Below, piece by piece: positions 50,662 to 60,272 of a stretch of 64,000 nucleotides of DNA. How positions within the stretch are numbered: position 1 is the stretch's first letter; each line of letters begins with the position of its first letter. This stretch comes from Thermoplasmatales archaeon SW_10_69_26. Lineage in GTDB: Archaea; Thermoplasmatota; SW-10-69-26. The stretch lies in contig PXUB01000022.1 of assembly GCA_003009755.1 (NCBI GenBank), positions 16,963 to 80,962 on the forward strand. The letters are read 5' to 3'. Under the pieces are notes generated by a model. It was not told the DNA's origin, did no database searches, and saw only the letters and a list, made by a program, of their open reading frames with translations. The position numbers were made by a program, and so were the translations under genes.

Positions 50662-50759
50662 CGAACGTGGGCCGACGCGTCCACATGCGGAACGGTCGTC
50701 CCTGCAACTGCGGCGACCCTGACAACTGCACGAAGGAGGACCACGATGACGGGGGATGA
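50658..50759 (+). CDS. Tiny His/Cys peptide (33 aa)
   Basis: GTGA coupling; 'H.....PCNCGDPDNC'. Confidence 0.4.
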   Translation: MTNVGRRVHMRNGRPCNCGDPDNCTKEDHDDGG

Positions 50760-50991
50760 CGAGGAGGAGGAGGAGGAGGCGGCCCAGGAAACGAAGACCT
50801 CGATCGTGATCATGGTCGCCCTCCTGGGCATCATCGTGATCGAACTCTACGCGATCCACCATGGCCTCAACGGGGTCGGTCTGGCGACAGCGCTCATGGC
50901 GCTGGCGTTCGTCGCCGGCGCGTTCCTGGGGCGACTCCGGCAAGCCGTCAACATCATCCAGGCCTGGAAAGGCCGTCACAAGGGAGGCTGA
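50746..50991 (+). CDS. Small two-TM membrane protein (holin-like)
   Basis: Acidic N-terminus, 2 TMs, basic C-terminus. Confidence 0.55.
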   Translation: MTGDDEEEEEEAAQETKTSIVIMVALLGIIVIELYAIHHGLNGVGLATALMALAFVAGAFLGRLRQAVNIIQAWKGRHKGG

Positions 50992-50997
50992 CCCGGC

Positions 50998-51567
50998 GTG
51001 CCGATTGGCACCAAGAGCAACATCCGCACCCGCCAGGGCCTGTCCACGGAGGACACCGACCAGGCCTGGGAGGACCTCGTCGACAACCTGCTGGCCCAGG
51101 TCACAGGATTCGTCGAGACTGAGACCGGGCGTGACTTCGATCACCATCAGAACGCCGTCCTTGAACTCGATGGCAACGGGCGCAGCACGCTGCGCCTCGG
51201 CGTCTATCCTGTGATCGCGGTGCACCGCGTCGAGATCGACGGCATCACGCAGGACGAAGATGAGTACCGCGTCACCGACGCTGGGATCCTCGAGAAGCGA
51301 TCGAGCGTCTGGCCGCAGGGATGGGAGAACATCCTGGTCGAGCTCGACCACGGGTTCGAGAAACCGCCCGGCGACGTCGAGCTGATCGTCGAGAACGTCG
51401 TCATCCGTATCCTGCGGAATGCTGGCGAGGATCAGTCGGTCAAGAGCATCAGCATGGACGGGTTCAGCATCACGCGCGGGGAGTTCGAGGAGGAACTCAC
51501 CGAGCAGGACCGCAAGGCGCTCAAGAAGTGGAAGAAGCCCCGGCAGGCCACCGCCGGAGGTGCCTGA
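50998..51567 (+). CDS. Head-tail adaptor (gp6/gp15-like)
   Basis: 'FVETETGRDF', 'WPQGWENI.V...HG', 'KSISMDGFSIT'. Confidence 0.8.
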   Translation: MPIGTKSNIRTRQGLSTEDTDQAWEDLVDNLLAQVTGFVETETGRDFDHHQNAVLELDGNGRSTLRLGVYPVIAVHRVEIDGITQDEDEYRVTDAGILEKRSSVWPQGWENILVELDHGFEKPPGDVELIVENVVIRILRNAGEDQSVKSISMDGFSITRGEFEEELTEQDRKALKKWKKPRQATAGGA

Positions 51568-51569
51568 CG

Positions 51570-51965
51570 GTGGCGACGCCCGACCAGCTGGTCGAAAACC
51601 ACGGCCAGGAGGTCACGATCGAGCGCCTCGTCGACCCAGTCAAGGACACGGACTGGGACGACCTCCTCGACGAGGACGAGAGCGGGTACGAGCAGGAGAC
51701 CGTGGACGCGATTGTGAGCCGCCCCAGCGACGAAGAGCACACGGTGGACCTGGGCCAGGGCACCATCGCTCGCCGCCGCCTGACCGTCTCCAGCGCGACG
51801 GGCGTGAGCGAACAGCGCAACGGGCGCCCCGACCGCGTCGAGATCAACGGCGACGTGTACGAGGTCGTCGAGGTCCGCGATGACGAGCACCCGCTCGCCT
51901 CGGTACAGAAGAAAACGGTCGTGTGCGAGCTGCTGCAAAGCGTCAGCCTGAAGTCGACAGCATAA
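51570..51965 (+). CDS. Head closure protein
   Basis: Position; 'DRVEINGDVYEV'. Confidence 0.7.
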   Translation: MATPDQLVENHGQEVTIERLVDPVKDTDWDDLLDEDESGYEQETVDAIVSRPSDEEHTVDLGQGTIARRRLTVSSATGVSEQRNGRPDRVEINGDVYEVVEVRDDEHPLASVQKKTVVCELLQSVSLKSTA

Positions 51966-51981
51966 GGAGGCATCGAGCCGA

Positions 51982-53751
51982 ATGGGCCACGAAGAACAGC
52001 TCCGGGAATGGATTAGCGACGAAACACGCGTCAGCCGCGTCGATCCCGACGACGCTCAGGACGCGCTGGCCATCCTCGTGCAGGGCGAAGCCCAGCCCAC
52101 GGTCGCCGCCACCGTTCAGGACCTTGTGGGTCTCGGTCCCGAGCACGAGGCCGACGCGGTGGTGTACCAGGACGGGACCGAAGCCGTGGGCCTCGACGAG
52201 GATGGGGCCGAACAGTACCGGAACACCGACGTCGGAACCGTGCTCAACACGCTGATCGGGCAGTTCGGGAGCGAGGGAGGCGACGTGCTGGTCCGGAGCG
52301 GCGTTTACACGATCGACTCCACCGTGACCATCCCCGCGAACGTCGCCGTGCAGGGCACCGCCTACGGTCCCACCGTGCTCGAGGTCGGCACCGACGTCGA
52401 CCTGTTCACGATGAACGGCGACGACGGCGTGCTCCGGGACCTCACGTTCCGCGACCCAAACAACCTGCACCAGCCCAGCGGGAACGTCGCCATCCGCATC
52501 GACACGAGCGGTGGGGAACGACGAAACCTGCTCGTCGAGGACATCGTGTTCAACGGGATGGCGCGCTGCATCGATTTCACGCCGAACACGTCCCCGTTGG
52601 CGCGGTCCACGTTCAAGAACTTGAACGTGAACGAGTGCCGCGACACGGGGGTCCGGTTCGCGAACTGTTGGGACTGCATCTGGGAGAGCATCTTCGTCCG
52701 CAACCAGTTCCAGCACAACAACGGCAACCCCGGGTTCATTATCACGACCGGGTACGACGGCCCCGTCAGCGGCGGGAAAGTCATGCATTGTACGTGCCTT
52801 GGCCGCAACGGTGGTATCAGTCCGAGCAAGTCCACGATACCGGCCGAGGACAACATGCGCGGATTCGTTTTCGAAGGCATCGACAGTTTGTTCGCGGAGA
52901 GCGTGATCGCGGATGCGTGCAGCGACTACGGGTACTGGCTCAAGTCGTGGCCGGGTGTGAGCGATAGAGGTAGCGCGGACGGGGGGCATCACTTGATGAC
53001 GAACTGTTGGGTGGCGTCCACGGTCAACGACACCGTGAACGGGCACTTTGATGGGCACGGGTTTGTGTTGGAGGGGCAAGAGTTTCACAAACTCACGGGC
53101 TGCAAAGCGTTCAACAACGCCACGCACGGGTTCTACATCCGTTCCGGACCAATCGGGCGGGCCCGGAAGAACGAGTTCCAGGCGTGTCAAGCGTATGCGA
53201 ACGATCGCGACTGGCACTTCAACAATCGCAGCACGGAGGGTGCCGGGTTCTGTGACGAGGACGGGGACTCAAACGCGTTCCAGGCGTGCGTGTCGATCGG
53301 TGCGTGGAAAGCGTTCGTGACGACGGGCACGGTCGGTGACACGAACCTGCAAGGCTGCAAAGCGCTCGACTCTCGATCCGGGACGGAAGTCGATTTGGAA
53401 GTAAACACGAAAGTCGCGAACCTCGTCAAGTCGGGCGAGGGGAGAATCGTGACGGACCCTCTCCGCATCCGAGCGCAGGACGACGCGAACGAGGGGGCAG
53501 AAGTCTTCTGGGAGGGCGCGGGGCAGTACGAGGATTGGTTCCAGGACGTGTACCAGGACCGGATGCGATGGTACATTCCCGGCAAGGGAGAAGCTCTCCG
53601 CATCGAAGAAGACCCGTACAAGGCGACGTTGTTCGGGGATCTCAACATTGAGTCCCCTGACCCGCGGATGAGTTTCACGGACCAGGACAGCGGCTCTACG
53701 GCCGCTATCGTGTGGGATGAACGGTTGAACAGTTTCGTGGTGGAAAAATGA
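51982..53751 (+). CDS. Right-handed beta-helix (pectate-lyase-like) spike/depolymerase
   Basis: 'GGDVLVRSGVY.I', 'VAVQG', repeated Asn/Cys ladders. Confidence 0.7.
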   Translation: MGHEEQLREWISDETRVSRVDPDDAQDALAILVQGEAQPTVAATVQDLVGLGPEHEADAVVYQDGTEAVGLDEDGAEQYRNTDVGTVLNTLIGQFGSEGGDVLVRSGVYTIDSTVTIPANVAVQGTAYGPTVLEVGTDVDLFTMNGDDGVLRDLTFRDPNNLHQPSGNVAIRIDTSGGERRNLLVEDIVFNGMARCIDFTPNTSPLARSTFKNLNVNECRDTGVRFANCWDCIWESIFVRNQFQHNNGNPGFIITTGYDGPVSGGKVMHCTCLGRNGGISPSKSTIPAEDNMRGFVFEGIDSLFAESVIADACSDYGYWLKSWPGVSDRGSADGGHHLMTNCWVASTVNDTVNGHFDGHGFVLEGQEFHKLTGCKAFNNATHGFYIRSGPIGRARKNEFQACQAYANDRDWHFNNRSTEGAGFCDEDGDSNAFQACVSIGAWKAFVTTGTVGDTNLQGCKALDSRSGTEVDLEVNTKVANLVKSGEGRIVTDPLRIRAQDDANEGAEVFWEGAGQYEDWFQDVYQDRMRWYIPGKGEALRIEEDPYKATLFGDLNIESPDPRMSFTDQDSGSTAAIVWDERLNSFVVEK

Positions 53752-55211
53752 GTACGCCTTACGAACTTGCGGACGCGCAAACGTTGCGGGAAAGTCTCGG
53801 GAAGCACGAGACCCGGTACGGGTCCGGGGATTTCGAGTACAATATCCTGTTCCAGGAGGACGGGTACACGCCTCACCAAGTGAACAATCAGGAGGCCTTG
53901 GACGATTGGGCGGACTCGACCAGCGTGGGAGAGGACACTCGGCAGGGGGATGAGATCCTGTTCATGTGTGACCCCCACACGGCCGAGGCCGCGTTCATTT
54001 ACAACCTCCGAACCGGGCAAATCGAGTGGGAGTTCGAGATTACCGGATCGGGCGGCGCGCACCCGAACCCTCACCAAGGCTTCATCCTCCCTGAAGACAT
54101 CTCGAACCTGGGGAGCAAGGGAGACGTTTGCTGCACCGACAAGGACAAGAACATTATCGTCGTGGACCGCCAAGACCAATCCGTAAAACTCTCCGAACAG
54201 GTGCAAGACTGGAACCCCGGCCTCCTCCACGCCGTGCACCTCGCCGTGGACAATAACCTCATCACGACGGATTACCAGAAAGGTCGCATAGACAAGATTG
54301 ACACAAACGACTTCACGAGCATCTGGACGAACGACGGCCCCAAGGTCCTAAGCCCGGGAAAGATAAGCACGATCAAATCTCGTAACGTTCGACACAACAC
54401 GGACTTCGGCGGCGAATACCTTATCGGTATGAACCGCGAAAAGTTTGAAGGACGCATCCTAGAAATCAGGGACTCAGACGGAACCAACACATGGAGTTCA
54501 GGCGGAAGTAACAGTTTCACCAAGCTTCAGACACATGCTTTGGTGCAGAAAACGCATCGCGCGATCCGCGTCCACCGCTCCGAGCTGAAGGGCCCCATCA
54601 CCGTCACACACAGCGAGAGCGAGGGAACCATCATGGCCATCAATTGGCGAAGTCAACCCGTGTGGCAGGTTGGCGGAAACTCTCTCCTGGACGATGGCAC
54701 CACGTCAGGACTTCGCTACCACAGTAACCCCGAAGGGTTGGGCGAAGTCACAGAAGTCTTTGAAAGTGTTCGTGGACGCATCGGGTTCTCCAGTTGGTAC
54801 GGGGAGAACAGTGCATTGGTGGGAGAGATTTTGCGCCTCCCGCAGAAACAAACACTGCACTGGGGTGACCCGACCGGTCGGCAGTCCAAGAACAGTTTCG
54901 AGCTCCTCAACCCCGTCAACGTGAGTGGTTGGGATGGGGCATCGTTCTTGATCAACAACCGTGGAGGGAACGATATGGACTGGGAACTGTTGGAATGGTT
55001 CTCACCGGTTCTTGACGTTGCTGACATGGGTATCGGGGGCAGCCTGACCGAGGACGCGAAAGTCGTGGAGGACAGCGGAACCCTCTCACCTGGAAACAAG
55101 GTGAGGGTTGAAACGACGGGCAAGAGCGTGTGGGCGGCGCTGCAGGTCAAGGCCACGACCACGGATGACTTCACGACGTTCGACGTTTTCGTGACCAAGT
55201 GGAGGGGTTAG
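53748..55211 (+). CDS. Beta-propeller protein, arylsulfotransferase-like
   Basis: 'GQIEWEF', 'NPHQG', 'LHAVH', 'ILEIRDSDGTNTW', 'QPVWQVG'; AT-richer than flanks. Confidence 0.55.
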   Translation: MSTPYELADAQTLRESLGKHETRYGSGDFEYNILFQEDGYTPHQVNNQEALDDWADSTSVGEDTRQGDEILFMCDPHTAEAAFIYNLRTGQIEWEFEITGSGGAHPNPHQGFILPEDISNLGSKGDVCCTDKDKNIIVVDRQDQSVKLSEQVQDWNPGLLHAVHLAVDNNLITTDYQKGRIDKIDTNDFTSIWTNDGPKVLSPGKISTIKSRNVRHNTDFGGEYLIGMNREKFEGRILEIRDSDGTNTWSSGGSNSFTKLQTHALVQKTHRAIRVHRSELKGPITVTHSESEGTIMAINWRSQPVWQVGGNSLLDDGTTSGLRYHSNPEGLGEVTEVFESVRGRIGFSSWYGENSALVGEILRLPQKQTLHWGDPTGRQSKNSFELLNPVNVSGWDGASFLINNRGGNDMDWELLEWFSPVLDVADMGIGGSLTEDAKVVEDSGTLSPGNKVRVETTGKSVWAALQVKATTTDDFTTFDVFVTKWRG

Positions 55212-55269
55212 AAGAGGTGGGACCCTCAAGAGCGTCGAGCTCACCTGAGAGGCGCAGGAGCGTGAGAGC

Positions 55270-55845
55270 GTGACGGAGCCGTTCGATGTCGACGCGGAGC
55301 CCTACGACGGCATCCCCATCGACGAGATTGGACAAGAGGAAGCCGAGCGAGCCAGCATCTCGAGCCTCCGCCGCTGGAAGGAGAACCTTGATCGAGGCGT
55401 CGGCGAGAGCGGCCGCCATCGGGGCTCCTACGTCAACACGGGCGGAGCTCGCGGCTCGATTACGCAAGAACAGGAGAGCAAGTACGCGTACCGCACCGGC
55501 AGCACGCACGTCGCCGTCGCGGTCGCCGAGCGGGGCCGGGATCCCTCGCCGGGCAACCCTCCCCCGTTCGACGACATTATGGAGTGGGCGCACGAGACGG
55601 GACTCGTCGTCTCGAAGACGTTCTGGCCCAAGGGAGCCGGCAGCTTCCTCGCGTTCCTCGGCCAGCTCGACGACGACCAAACCCGCGAGGACGTCCTGTT
55701 CGTTTGGCACACGATGTGGGACATCGCGGAGAATGGCCTCCCCGCCTTCCAACCCGGGCGCATGGCGCACATCGATACCTCGAACGAGTACGAGGAACGC
55801 GCCGACGCCCGAATCGAGGGCGCGATCGAAGACGAGCAGGTGTAA
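55270..55845 (+). CDS. HK97 gp10-like neck/tail-completion protein
   Basis: 'VNTG..RGSI', 'VAERGRDP...PPPFDDIMEW', 'IAENG'. Confidence 0.7.
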   Translation: MTEPFDVDAEPYDGIPIDEIGQEEAERASISSLRRWKENLDRGVGESGRHRGSYVNTGGARGSITQEQESKYAYRTGSTHVAVAVAERGRDPSPGNPPPFDDIMEWAHETGLVVSKTFWPKGAGSFLAFLGQLDDDQTREDVLFVWHTMWDIAENGLPAFQPGRMAHIDTSNEYEERADARIEGAIEDEQV

Positions 55846-55856
55846 CGCGCCGTAAC
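55839..55856 (+). promoter_or_regulatory. 18-bp viral motif, copy 2
   Basis: Identical to 47466-47483; precedes the tail genes. Confidence 0.6.
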
Positions 55857-55946
55857 CAAGCCCCATCCCCACGCTGGGAGAGATAAGCCGCCGGCGGGCG
55901 TCCAAACGAGGACACCTGCCTCCAACGGCCGAACGAGGCCACCTGC

Positions 55947-56417
55947 ATGGCGCAAGCCGTACCCCACGACGAGCTGTCCGCCCAAATCGTCCGCGATCTG
56001 CTCAGGGATGAGCTGCGCGCAGCCGTCGCAGACGGCACGATCGACGACCCGCGCGCCGCCAGTCGCGACGACGAGATGGTGCTCACCAGCTTCCCCGACG
56101 AGTCCATCGTGTACCCCCTCGTCATCGTCGACGAGGCCAACGACGCCAGCGACGCCATCCACATGCAGCGCGTCGCCCACCAGCACGACTACGACGTGCA
56201 GATCTCAATCGCCGGCGACAACAAGACGCACGTCAAGATCCTCCGCGACCAGGTGCGCGGCTGGGTGCTCAGCAACGCCGTCGACCTCGCCGGTCAGGGG
56301 TTCATGGATCTCTCGATCGCCAGCAGCACACCCGCTGCGTTCGAGGACCGCGACCGCGCCCTGCAGTGGCAGTTCACCATCGCCAGCAATGTCATCACCG
56401 GAGAGAATCCCGCATGA
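55947..56417 (+). CDS. Tail terminator-like protein
   Basis: Position; 'FP....YP.VIV', 'VQISI'. Confidence 0.65.
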   Translation: MAQAVPHDELSAQIVRDLLRDELRAAVADGTIDDPRAASRDDEMVLTSFPDESIVYPLVIVDEANDASDAIHMQRVAHQHDYDVQISIAGDNKTHVKILRDQVRGWVLSNAVDLAGQGFMDLSIASSTPAAFEDRDRALQWQFTIASNVITGENPA

Positions 56418-56590
56418 CGACCAAGCCTGCGGACCCGGTCACCGTCGAGCTCGCCGAAGACGTTCAGCGCCTCGTCACGCCAAGCTTCCAGCTCGTGGGC
56501 GACGAGACCATCACGATCACGCGCCGTGAGTACGAGTCCTACCAGTCCAAGCTGCGACACGCCCAGGGTGTGAACGAACCTGATGAGTGA
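56414..56590 (+). CDS. Small viral protein
   Basis: ATGA coupling (MTTKPADP...). Confidence 0.5.
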   Translation: MTTKPADPVTVELAEDVQRLVTPSFQLVGDETITITRREYESYQSKLRHAQGVNEPDE

Positions 56591-57548
56591 CGACTACCTG
56601 CATGTCGTCGACGACCACGTCGGCGCCGCTGTCGAGACGACCAAGTACAACGAGGAGAGCCTCAACCAGGGCGACTACCTCGGCTACCTCGTTGAGGAGA
56701 TCGAGTGGCCGAATCCCAACCCGCAGGGCCCCCTCCCGCACAAGGGAACCAAGCGAGGCCCCTATGCTCACGCTCCGGAGGCCAAGTCCTACGAGTGGGA
56801 TATCGAGGTCGTTCCCATCGACTCAACGATTCCGCTCGAAATCGCGCTCGGCACCCGCACCGAGAGCACCGTCGACACGGACGGGGATAGCGCCGACGAG
56901 TACCAGGAGGTCGTCTTCACGGAAGCCGCCAAGCTCTCCACGGCCACGATCCGGCGCGTGCAAACGGATCTGAGCCTCGCACAGAGCTACATCGGGACCA
57001 AGACTGGGCTCAACATCAGCTGGGCGCTGAACGAGCCGCTCAGCATCACATTCAACTGCGTGGCCGCCCGGATGAACTACGACACCAATCCCCCCAGCCC
57101 TCCGGACTTGGACCCACCTGTCAAGGCGCCGTTCATGGGGTGGATGCTCGGGTCGGCCACGATCGACGGCCAGGAGTTCGCCACGATCGAGGGCGGCGAC
57201 GTCAGCGTCGACCACGGCCTCGAGAGCGTGCCCGGCGGTGACGGCGGACGCGAAGGCCACTACGTGAGCGAGGAGACCGGCGCCGAGCTCTTCGACGCCA
57301 GCCTCTCGATGACCGTTACTGACACCTACCTCTTCGAAAAGGTAGCCACGGACGGTGCCCTCTTCGACGTCGAGGCACCCCTGCACCGCGACCGTACGAA
57401 CGACCCCGTCCACGACGCCTTCATCCTCACGCTCGGCGACAACAAGGCCTTGGACGCGCCCGTCAGCAGCCCCGACGAAGGCCGCGTCGTCGACGACGTC
57501 GAGCTCAGCCCGAAGAGCATCCAGATCGAGATCCGCGACCCCCTGTGA
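56583..57548 (+). CDS. Major tail tube protein
   Basis: Position before chaperone and TMP; beta-rich 321 aa. Confidence 0.75.
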   Translation: MSDDYLHVVDDHVGAAVETTKYNEESLNQGDYLGYLVEEIEWPNPNPQGPLPHKGTKRGPYAHAPEAKSYEWDIEVVPIDSTIPLEIALGTRTESTVDTDGDSADEYQEVVFTEAAKLSTATIRRVQTDLSLAQSYIGTKTGLNISWALNEPLSITFNCVAARMNYDTNPPSPPDLDPPVKAPFMGWMLGSATIDGQEFATIEGGDVSVDHGLESVPGGDGGREGHYVSEETGAELFDASLSMTVTDTYLFEKVATDGALFDVEAPLHRDRTNDPVHDAFILTLGDNKALDAPVSSPDEGRVVDDVELSPKSIQIEIRDPL

Positions 57549-57559
57549 GGTGACCCAGC

Positions 57560-58039
57560 ATGCAGGAACCCGACGAGAACGACGAGATCAACGAGGAGCC
57601 CGACGAGTGGGCCGACGTCAAGAGCCTCCCCTGGGACGAGGGGCTCCGCAAGGGCCGCGAGATGCGGGAAAGCACCAAGACCTACATCCTCAAGGTGCTC
57701 GACGAGGACGGCGACGTCGAAGGCATCATGCTGTTCGAATACGGCATGCTCAGCCCCGGCGAGCGCGACCAGGTCCAGAAGGCCAGCGTCAAGACGAACA
57801 CCAAGCGGCGCGAGTCCCAGCAGGAGGTTAACCAGGAGAAGCTCGTCACCGAGCTCCTCATCAAGGGAATCCGCCAGGGGCCGGAGGGGTTCACGCCGAC
57901 GCGGCAAAGCGTCGCAGAGTTCTACTCGACGTTCCCCGAGGCAGCTGAGGATCTCGCCAACTGCATCGACGAGTTCAGCGAGATGGAGCCCGAGGTGAGG
58001 AAGAAGTTTCGTCCGGGCCGGGCGCGGGAAGAAGGTTAG
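57560..58039 (+). CDS. Tail assembly chaperone (short form)
   Basis: Between tube and TMP; ends '...RKKFRP' over TTT-CGT. Confidence 0.75.
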   Translation: MQEPDENDEINEEPDEWADVKSLPWDEGLRKGREMRESTKTYILKVLDEDGDVEGIMLFEYGMLSPGERDQVQKASVKTNTKRRESQQEVNQEKLVTELLIKGIRQGPEGFTPTRQSVAEFYSTFPEAAEDLANCIDEFSEMEPEVRKKFRPGRAREEG

Positions 58040-58250
58040 GTTCGATGAAGCCTGGCAAGAGCGGGTCCTGGCCGAGCACTCGTGGTGGACCCAGATCGGC
58101 GGCCCCTCATTCAATCCGCGCCGCATGCTCCCCGTCCGCGAGTACCAGGCCCATCTCGCCCTCCTCGAAGGCCGACAGAAGGAACAGGAACGGCAGGACA
58201 AGAAGGCCAAGAAACAGGCCAGGAAAGCACAGCGCGGAGGTCGATGCTGA
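58008..58250 (+). CDS. +1 frameshift extension of the tail chaperone (G-T analogue)
   Basis: Open +1 frame FVRAGRGKK...RGGRC* running exactly up to the TMP start. Confidence 0.7.
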   Translation, partial: FVRAGRGKKVRFDEAWQERVLAEHSWWTQIGGPSFNPRRMLPVREYQAHLALLEGRQKEQERQDKKAKKQARKAQRGGRC

Positions 58251-59714
58251 GTGGCCGTGAGCGAGGTCGCGCTCCGCTACGCCGCGAAGGGTGCCGACAA
58301 GGCCAAGCGCAAGGACCAGCAGGTCGCTCAGCAAACCCAGAAGACTGCGCGCATGGCCAAGCGCGAGGCGCCGGCCATCCGCTCCTGGATGCGCGAGCAC
58401 CGGGCCGCGATCGCCGCGATCGGGACCGCTACCGCCGGCGCGATGGCTGCCATCATCAACGCTACGCCCTCCCTCCAGGCCAGCCTGGGTGGCATCCGTC
58501 TCGCGTTCTCGCTCGTCGCCATGCAGATCGGGAGCGAACTCACTCCCGCGTTCCTCGAGGCCGAGGAGGGCGCACTCGACCTCGCTCAAGGCTTCCTCAA
58601 GCTCGACGAGAAGCATGACGGGCTCCCGGCGAAGATGCTCGGCCTCGGTCTCGCCATCGCCACGGTCGGGGCCGCGGCCGCGCTCGCTGGCCCGAAGCTG
58701 GCGGTCGCAGGTGCCGCGCTGGCTCCGTTCGTCATCCTCGCCGGGATCGCGATCGGTGTCCTCGGCGGGCTGGAGGGCAACCTGGGCCTGGTCGCTGCAG
58801 GCTTCCTCACAACGGCCGCAGGCGTCGCGATGCTGGCCGGCCAGCTCGCTCTGGCCCTCCCCCTGGCGCTCGGGGTCGCCGCCGTAGGCTCCACGCTGCT
58901 CACCATCTGGGGGGTGATGGAGGGGAAGCTCTGGGCGGTCGTCGCCGGCGTGGGCGGCCTCATCGCGAGCGTCGCCGGCCTGCTCGCCTTCTTCGGGAAG
59001 CTCGTCGCCGTCATCAAGGTCATCGGCGCTGGGATCGCGATCCTCGCCAGCGCCCTCGGCATCAGTTTCGGCAGCGCTGTCGTCCTGGTCGTCGGCCTCA
59101 TCGTCGGCCTCATCGCCACCCTCTGGGCCCTGTTCACGAACTGGGATGCCGTCACGAGCGAGGTCGCCAGCGCCGGCGACTGGCTGGCCCGACAAGCTGG
59201 CCGGTTCTGGGGTTGGTTCACTGGCCACATCCCGAGCCGGGCTGAGATTTCGAACGCCGCCAGCGGCATGGTCTCGTGGTTCTCGTCGCTGCCAGGCCGT
59301 GCCCGGCAGTGGGGCGAGGACATGATCGACGAGTTTGTGAGCGGCATCCAGAGCGCGGGTGACCGAGTTGGGGACGCCGTCGGTGGCGTGAAGGACCGCA
59401 TCGTCGGCATGATCGGGTTCGACCTCCGTCGCAACGACCGTATGGCGGAACGCTGGGGGCGCGACTTCATCGACCACTTCACCCAGGGCATCGACAGCCG
59501 GATGTCCTCGCTGGACGCGAGCCTCGGCCACTTCGGTCAGGGGGCGCTGCCGACGCCTCGCGGCGGTGGCGGCGGTGGCGCGATCACGGTCGTGCTCGAG
59601 CAAGGTGCCGTCCAGCTTCGCGGGCAGCCTCGCCGGAGCGACCTCGACGAGCGCGACCTGGCTGAGGAGATCGGGAAAGCGTTCGCCGACCGGTTCGGAG
59701 GGCGGAGCTCGTGA
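58251..59714 (+). CDS. Tape measure protein
   Basis: Ala/Gly-rich, hydrophobic central part, Trp-periodic 'NWDAV..DW..FW'. Confidence 0.8.
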   Translation: MAVSEVALRYAAKGADKAKRKDQQVAQQTQKTARMAKREAPAIRSWMREHRAAIAAIGTATAGAMAAIINATPSLQASLGGIRLAFSLVAMQIGSELTPAFLEAEEGALDLAQGFLKLDEKHDGLPAKMLGLGLAIATVGAAAALAGPKLAVAGAALAPFVILAGIAIGVLGGLEGNLGLVAAGFLTTAAGVAMLAGQLALALPLALGVAAVGSTLLTIWGVMEGKLWAVVAGVGGLIASVAGLLAFFGKLVAVIKVIGAGIAILASALGISFGSAVVLVVGLIVGLIATLWALFTNWDAVTSEVASAGDWLARQAGRFWGWFTGHIPSRAEISNAASGMVSWFSSLPGRARQWGEDMIDEFVSGIQSAGDRVGDAVGGVKDRIVGMIGFDLRRNDRMAERWGRDFIDHFTQGIDSRMSSLDASLGHFGQGALPTPRGGGGGGAITVVLEQGAVQLRGQPRRSDLDERDLAEEIGKAFADRFGGRSS

Positions 59715-60271
59715 GTGTCATTTACAGCGACTTCGCGCTCTACACGTTCGACGCGGCCGCCGGAGGGAAAGGAGACACGGTCGCCTACCTGCTTCCCAAC
59801 GCTGAGCTCAACCACCGGCACAAAAACCAGGTAGAGGCCCGCGTCATCAAGGACGAGCAGGGTGGTCCCCGCGCCCGCGACCAGGGCGTCATCCGGAACG
59901 AGGTGAACATCAGCGGCACGTTCCTTCCAACCAACGCCAGCGACCTCCCGGACGAGCACAAGCAGGGTTTGCGGGACCTGTTCGGCCAGGCCGAGGTCAG
60001 CGACCAGGACCAGGTCAACCGGCTCGCCTACTACCTCACGAAGGTGGGCGCCCCGTTCATCCTCGAGGACCTCGACGAAGGCATCACCTACGACGTCGGA
60101 TGGCACAACCGTGCCGAGGCGTGGGGGGCCGAGGACGAGAACGCCTACGAGAACGGCCGTTACCCCATGCTATGGATCCGCGACGTCGACACGATTGACG
60201 CCAGCCGACGCCTCGGCGAGGAGTACACGATCAAAGCCCATACCGGGTTCCAGAGCATCGAGGAGGCCTAA
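59711..60271 (+). CDS. Distal tail (Dit-like) protein 1
   Basis: After TMP; paralog of the next gene. Confidence 0.6.
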   Translation: MSVIYSDFALYTFDAAAGGKGDTVAYLLPNAELNHRHKNQVEARVIKDEQGGPRARDQGVIRNEVNISGTFLPTNASDLPDEHKQGLRDLFGQAEVSDQDQVNRLAYYLTKVGAPFILEDLDEGITYDVGWHNRAEAWGAEDENAYENGRYPMLWIRDVDTIDASRRLGEEYTIKAHTGFQSIEEA

Positions 60272-60272
60272 C

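Noticed and set aside
48643-51351. 902-aa minus-strand ORF
   Set aside because: Antisense shadow of the capsid and neck genes with no motifs.
56583-57548. Contractile tail (myovirus)
   Set aside because: No sheath or baseplate J-like gene between terminator and fibre.
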